From contig NW_021826771.1 in assembly GCF_006345805.1 (NCBI RefSeq), forward strand, positions 1 to 12,079: a DNA stretch of 12,079 nucleotides. Reading direction: 5' to 3'. Positions within the stretch are counted from its first letter, which is position 1, and each line of letters begins with the position of its first letter. The notes under the pieces were generated by a model. It did no database searches and was not told the DNA's origin. It worked only from the letters and a program-made list of their open reading frames with translations. The stretch comes from Octopus sinensis (Eukaryota). Of this stretch, positions 9,079-12,079 are shown in pieces. Position numbers and translations under genes: made by a program.

Positions 9079-9360
9079 CTGGTTTCGGTCATTGGACTGC
9101 GACCGTACTGGAGAACCGTTTTGAAGGGTTCAGTTGAATAAATCAAGCCAAAGACGTTTTATTTTTTCGTTTTACTTTTTTTTTTAAATCTGGTACCTAG
9201 TGTACGAGTCACTTATGCCGAACTGCTTAGTCACGGGGACGTAAAATAACCAATACCGGTTGTCAAGAAGTAATTGAGACACAAACACAAAGACACACAA
9301 CCACACACACACATACACTCAGGCTTCTTTCAATTTCCGTCTACTAAATCCATTTACAGG
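9079..9360 (-). mobile_element. Family-A SINE, 5'-truncated and diverged, nested in the hAT-like element
   Basis: gtttcggtcattggactgcgacc...gccgaactgcttagtcacggggacgtaaa...ggcttctttcaatttccgtctactaaatcca is collinear with 7460-7680. The tRNA head is missing. Confidence 0.85.
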
Positions 9361-10011
9361 ACATTGAAAAAAATACAAAACAACAAAGCAAAAATCCTTG
9401 TACAGAACTGTGCTCTTCACAGTTCCAATAACGCAGTGTTTTGCTGTTGTGCGCATGCTCACATACCCGAGATAAGAAGCTTCACGCTAGGGAGAGAGAG
9501 CACTGCATGATCGACAGCGCAGGCATCGGTGTTCTGGTGAAAGGTAGTGTCTCTTTTTGACTCCGCTTGTGTTGTGCTTAAAAACGGGTTTATAATCTTG
9601 AATGTAATAAAGTGTAGAATTAGATTATTACCCTGCTTCCAGCTTCAGTGTGGTCGCCAGGATTGGAAACATAGGGCACATTTCCCCGCCTTATTGGGTG
9701 ATTTAGAGGGGATTCTTGAAAAACAAGGGGGAATTCGCGGCAGTGTCAGTGAACAAATTAAACACACTACTCGGCAGTGGCTAAAACGCGAACCGATCAA
9801 GTTTATGTGTAAATTTTCTTTTTATATGTTTGTTTCCTTTTACACAAAATTAAAACAACGGCTAAAAATTTTCTGAAGTAACACCTCCACTAATTTTATC
9901 TAAGAGCCGCCACTGTTTGTGTCCAACAAGAAGAGTGTGACGTCATTAACCAGTCGTGGCCATTTCAATTTACTTTGCATTAGACACGTATGCTTCTAGG
10001 TACAAACATCA

Positions 10012-10334
10012 AGGGTGCGTGCTTAGTGGTTAGGGTAAATGGGCTTACGATCGTAAGATCGTGCGTTCGATTCCTGGCGGCGCGTTGCGTCCTTGAGCAA
10101 GACACTTTATTTCCCGTTGCGCCACTCCACTCCGCTAGAAAAAACGAGTTGTAACTATATTTCAAAGGGCCAGCATTGTCACATTCTATATCACGCTGGG
10201 TCTTCTTGAGAACTACATTGACGAAACATATGCTTGTGGAGTACTCGCCCACTTACACATTGATTTCACAAAAAGGCTGTTCCGTTGATCGGATCAACTG
10301 GAACCCTTGTCGTTGTATCAGACAGAGCAACAGT
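10012..10334 (+). mobile_element. Family-D tRNA-derived SINE with CORE-like segment
   Basis: A-box-like gcttagtggttag (10021-10033), B box gttcgattcc (10065-10074), CORE-like gtccttgagcaagacact (10089-10106), and a 3' hairpin at 10279-10304. Single copy in the window. Confidence 0.8.
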
Positions 10335-10340
10335 GTCTTT

Positions 10341-10447
10341 TACATTATATCATATTATATTATATCATATTATATTATATTATATTATATTATATTATAT
10401 ATATTATATTATATTATATTATATTATATTTAATATATATATATATT
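10341..10447. repeat. (TATTA)n pentanucleotide microsatellite
   Basis: Read directly. It follows the family-D SINE immediately. Confidence 0.95.
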
Positions 10448-10664
10448 AATCTCACTTTAGAAATACGCGTTACGCCCAATTTATACATTAAGGTCTCTTG
10501 CAATCAGACAGAAGCAAAAGTTGAGAGAAACAAATAAATTGCGAAAACTTTGTTCTGTGTAGGGATTTTAATCCTTAATTTGTTTTAAAATAAGCCTAAA
10601 AAAATACTTGAGTACTGTTGTCTAAATCCACACCATTCTAATGGCACATCCTCTCTCACATTAT

Positions 10665-10803
10665 CCCTCTTTCTCTCTCTCTCTCTCTCTCTCTCGCTCG
10701 CTCTATACACATACATACATACGTGTGTGTGTGCGCACACGTGTAGTACCCTTTGATGTAATACACTTCACGTATTAAAAGCATTCAAAATACCAGCCTA
10801 TAT

Positions 10804-10842
<39 letters not shown>

Positions 10843-10863
10843 GTATCTCTGTATGTATGTGTG

Positions 10864-10940
<77 letters not shown>

Positions 10941-10959
10941 AATATATTATATATATATA
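10665..10959. repeat. (CT)n, (TA)n and (CA)n microsatellite tracts
   Basis: Tracts at ~10665-10742 and ~10799-10959. Confidence 0.93.
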
Positions 10960-11491
10960 GCCAGGATGAGAAAACATATGTTTTCCATAACTGGAATGAG
11001 GTTGATGAGGCCCAGTTTTGGTTGAGATCACCATGTATCGGTTGTTTAAATAGAATCCAGTCATAGAGCCGTTATGAAGCAATGCAAGAAAACCCAGTTA
11101 AATTTTATATCTGCAGTCCCTTCGGAGGTCAATCTGAACAATGGAGCCCTTAACTTAATGAGAGATAGGGATAGAGTACTATCGAATAGGCTTAATTTTT
11201 CAGGTTAATTTTGTCGCTGACAAATCATAGTCCTGGTTTGAAAAATCAAGTGGAAACACGCAACGGGGCCAACAGAGAACAGGAGAATCTTCAGAGGAAG
11301 AATTCCTGTCAAACCAATGTTCTGGCCCGTTAATTTCTGATATTGTAAGGGAGCCGGACCCACCTAGGTGAAGCTATTTAGATGTCATCTTACAGGTTTT
11401 AAAATGCAGCCTTCGGTTAGAATTGGAATCGAAACTTTTGCGTAATATATACTCGGTTATCAAAATTATATATATAAACTTAAAATTTAGA

Positions 11492-11548
11492 TAAACTTAA
11501 ATATGTTTCGACCAAAACGAGTGGTTCTGGCCATATCAAACTTAATAG
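11492..11548 (-). ncRNA. Degenerate hammerhead-ribozyme-like motif (Penelope-type)
   Basis: The minus strand reads tTGATAt-ggccagaac-cactc-gttttggtc-GAAAC-atat-tta. A 9-bp stem (with G-U pairs) lies between a CTGATGA-like box and GAAAC. The core and stem I are mutated. Confidence 0.35.
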
Positions 11549-11616
11549 CACCATCTTTCATGGCCCATTTAAGAAGGGTGGCTTTTCTGTAGCCCTTCAA
11601 CAAGTTTGCCCAGGTA

Positions 11617-11667
<51 letters not shown>

Positions 11668-11691
11668 ATATATGTATGTATATGTAAAAAA

Positions 11692-11805
11692 ATACAAACT
11701 GGGACAAGAACGCAAAACATTTAGAAGACGATACAAAAATCACGGACGGGACATTCGAAGCCTTCAATCTTCAGTCAAGAACCGGATCATCCTCGCAATT
11801 TCGGC

Positions 11806-11806
<1 letters not shown>
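11692..11806 (-). mobile_element. Short interspersed repeat fragment between microsatellites, possible Penelope-like terminal piece
   Basis: A complex 115-bp island between (TA)n and (TAGA)n that resembles a recalled octopus repeat end. The family assignment is unverified. Confidence 0.35.

Positions 11807-11898
<92 letters not shown>
11806..11898. repeat. (TAGA)n microsatellite
   Basis: A perfect tandem of about 23 units. TG/TA tracts also lie at 11615-11685 and 11899-11945. Confidence 0.98.
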
Positions 11899-11899
<1 letters not shown>

Positions 11900-12079
11900 T
11901 ATGTATCTATGTGTGTATGTATACGTGTGTGTGTAGTGTATATCTAATTTTGCAGAAACATATTTATGCACATACACACACTGTATGTATGCACATTTGT
12001 TCGGATTCGCGGATGGTCTGTCTTCTATATTCCGTGATACGCCTTAGTACCTTTCAGGGACATCTAGTGTCATCTGTTA

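Larger units (their letters stand above)
6387..9915. mobile_element. Non-autonomous hAT-like DNA transposon (3529 bp including nested insertions)
   Basis: The left end CAGTGGCGACTC (6387-6398) and the right-end reverse complement CAGTGGCGGCTC (9904-9915) match at 11/12. The identical 8-mer TTTGTGTC flanks both ends (6379-6386 and 9916-9923). Short CAG-starting TIRs with an 8-bp TSD are hAT hallmarks. No transposase ORF is present. Confidence 0.82.

Noticed and set aside
9547-9876. 109-aa non-repetitive ORF in the right arm of the hAT-like element
   Set aside because: It has a GTG start and no recognisable hAT dimerisation or DDE motif, and it runs into the subterminal region. Not supportable as a CDS without a BLASTX hit.
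10012-10080. Functional tRNA gene at the family-D or family-A heads
   Set aside because: No complete acceptor stem or cloverleaf can be drawn, and each head continues directly into a SINE body.
11740-11806. Second hammerhead candidate (minus strand ctgaaga...gaat)
   Set aside because: It lacks the GAAA box after the putative stem II, and the stem has no viable loop.
55-11898. (TCTA)n near the start and (TAGA)n near the end as giant inverted termini
   Set aside because: These are common microsatellites, and their flanking sequences show no inverted homology.
7-11977. ORF-track ORFs with YI/CV/HT/LSIY-rich translations
   Set aside because: They are stop-free read-throughs of (TA)n, (TG)n, (CA)n and (TATC)n tracts, often starting at non-ATG codons, with no domain-like content.

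Overview
This is AT-rich, repeat-saturated eukaryotic non-coding DNA, intronic or intergenic. The SINE and microsatellite content looks like octopus or another cephalopod; that is an inference from recalled repeat families, not a search result. No credible protein-coding gene, rRNA, intact tRNA or CRISPR array is present, and nearly all ORFs in the track are read-throughs of microsatellites or SINEs. The main contents are: (1) long (TATC)n, (TA)n, (TG)n, (ATT)n and (TATTA)n tracts; (2) a same-strand cluster of about 9 near-contiguous copies (2046-3772) of a ~200-230 bp tRNA-derived SINE ('family B'), plus 2 upstream fragments; (3) four copies of a second ~350-500 bp tRNA-derived SINE ('family A') and one copy of a third ('family D'); (4) a 3529-bp non-autonomous hAT-like DNA transposon (6387-9915), defined by 12-bp TIRs and a perfect 8-bp TSD (TTTGTGTC) and carrying nested insertions; (5) a possible Penelope-like remnant with a degenerate hammerhead-like fold near 11.5 kb. 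I found no convincing new protein-based system. The most interesting signals concern transposon architecture.
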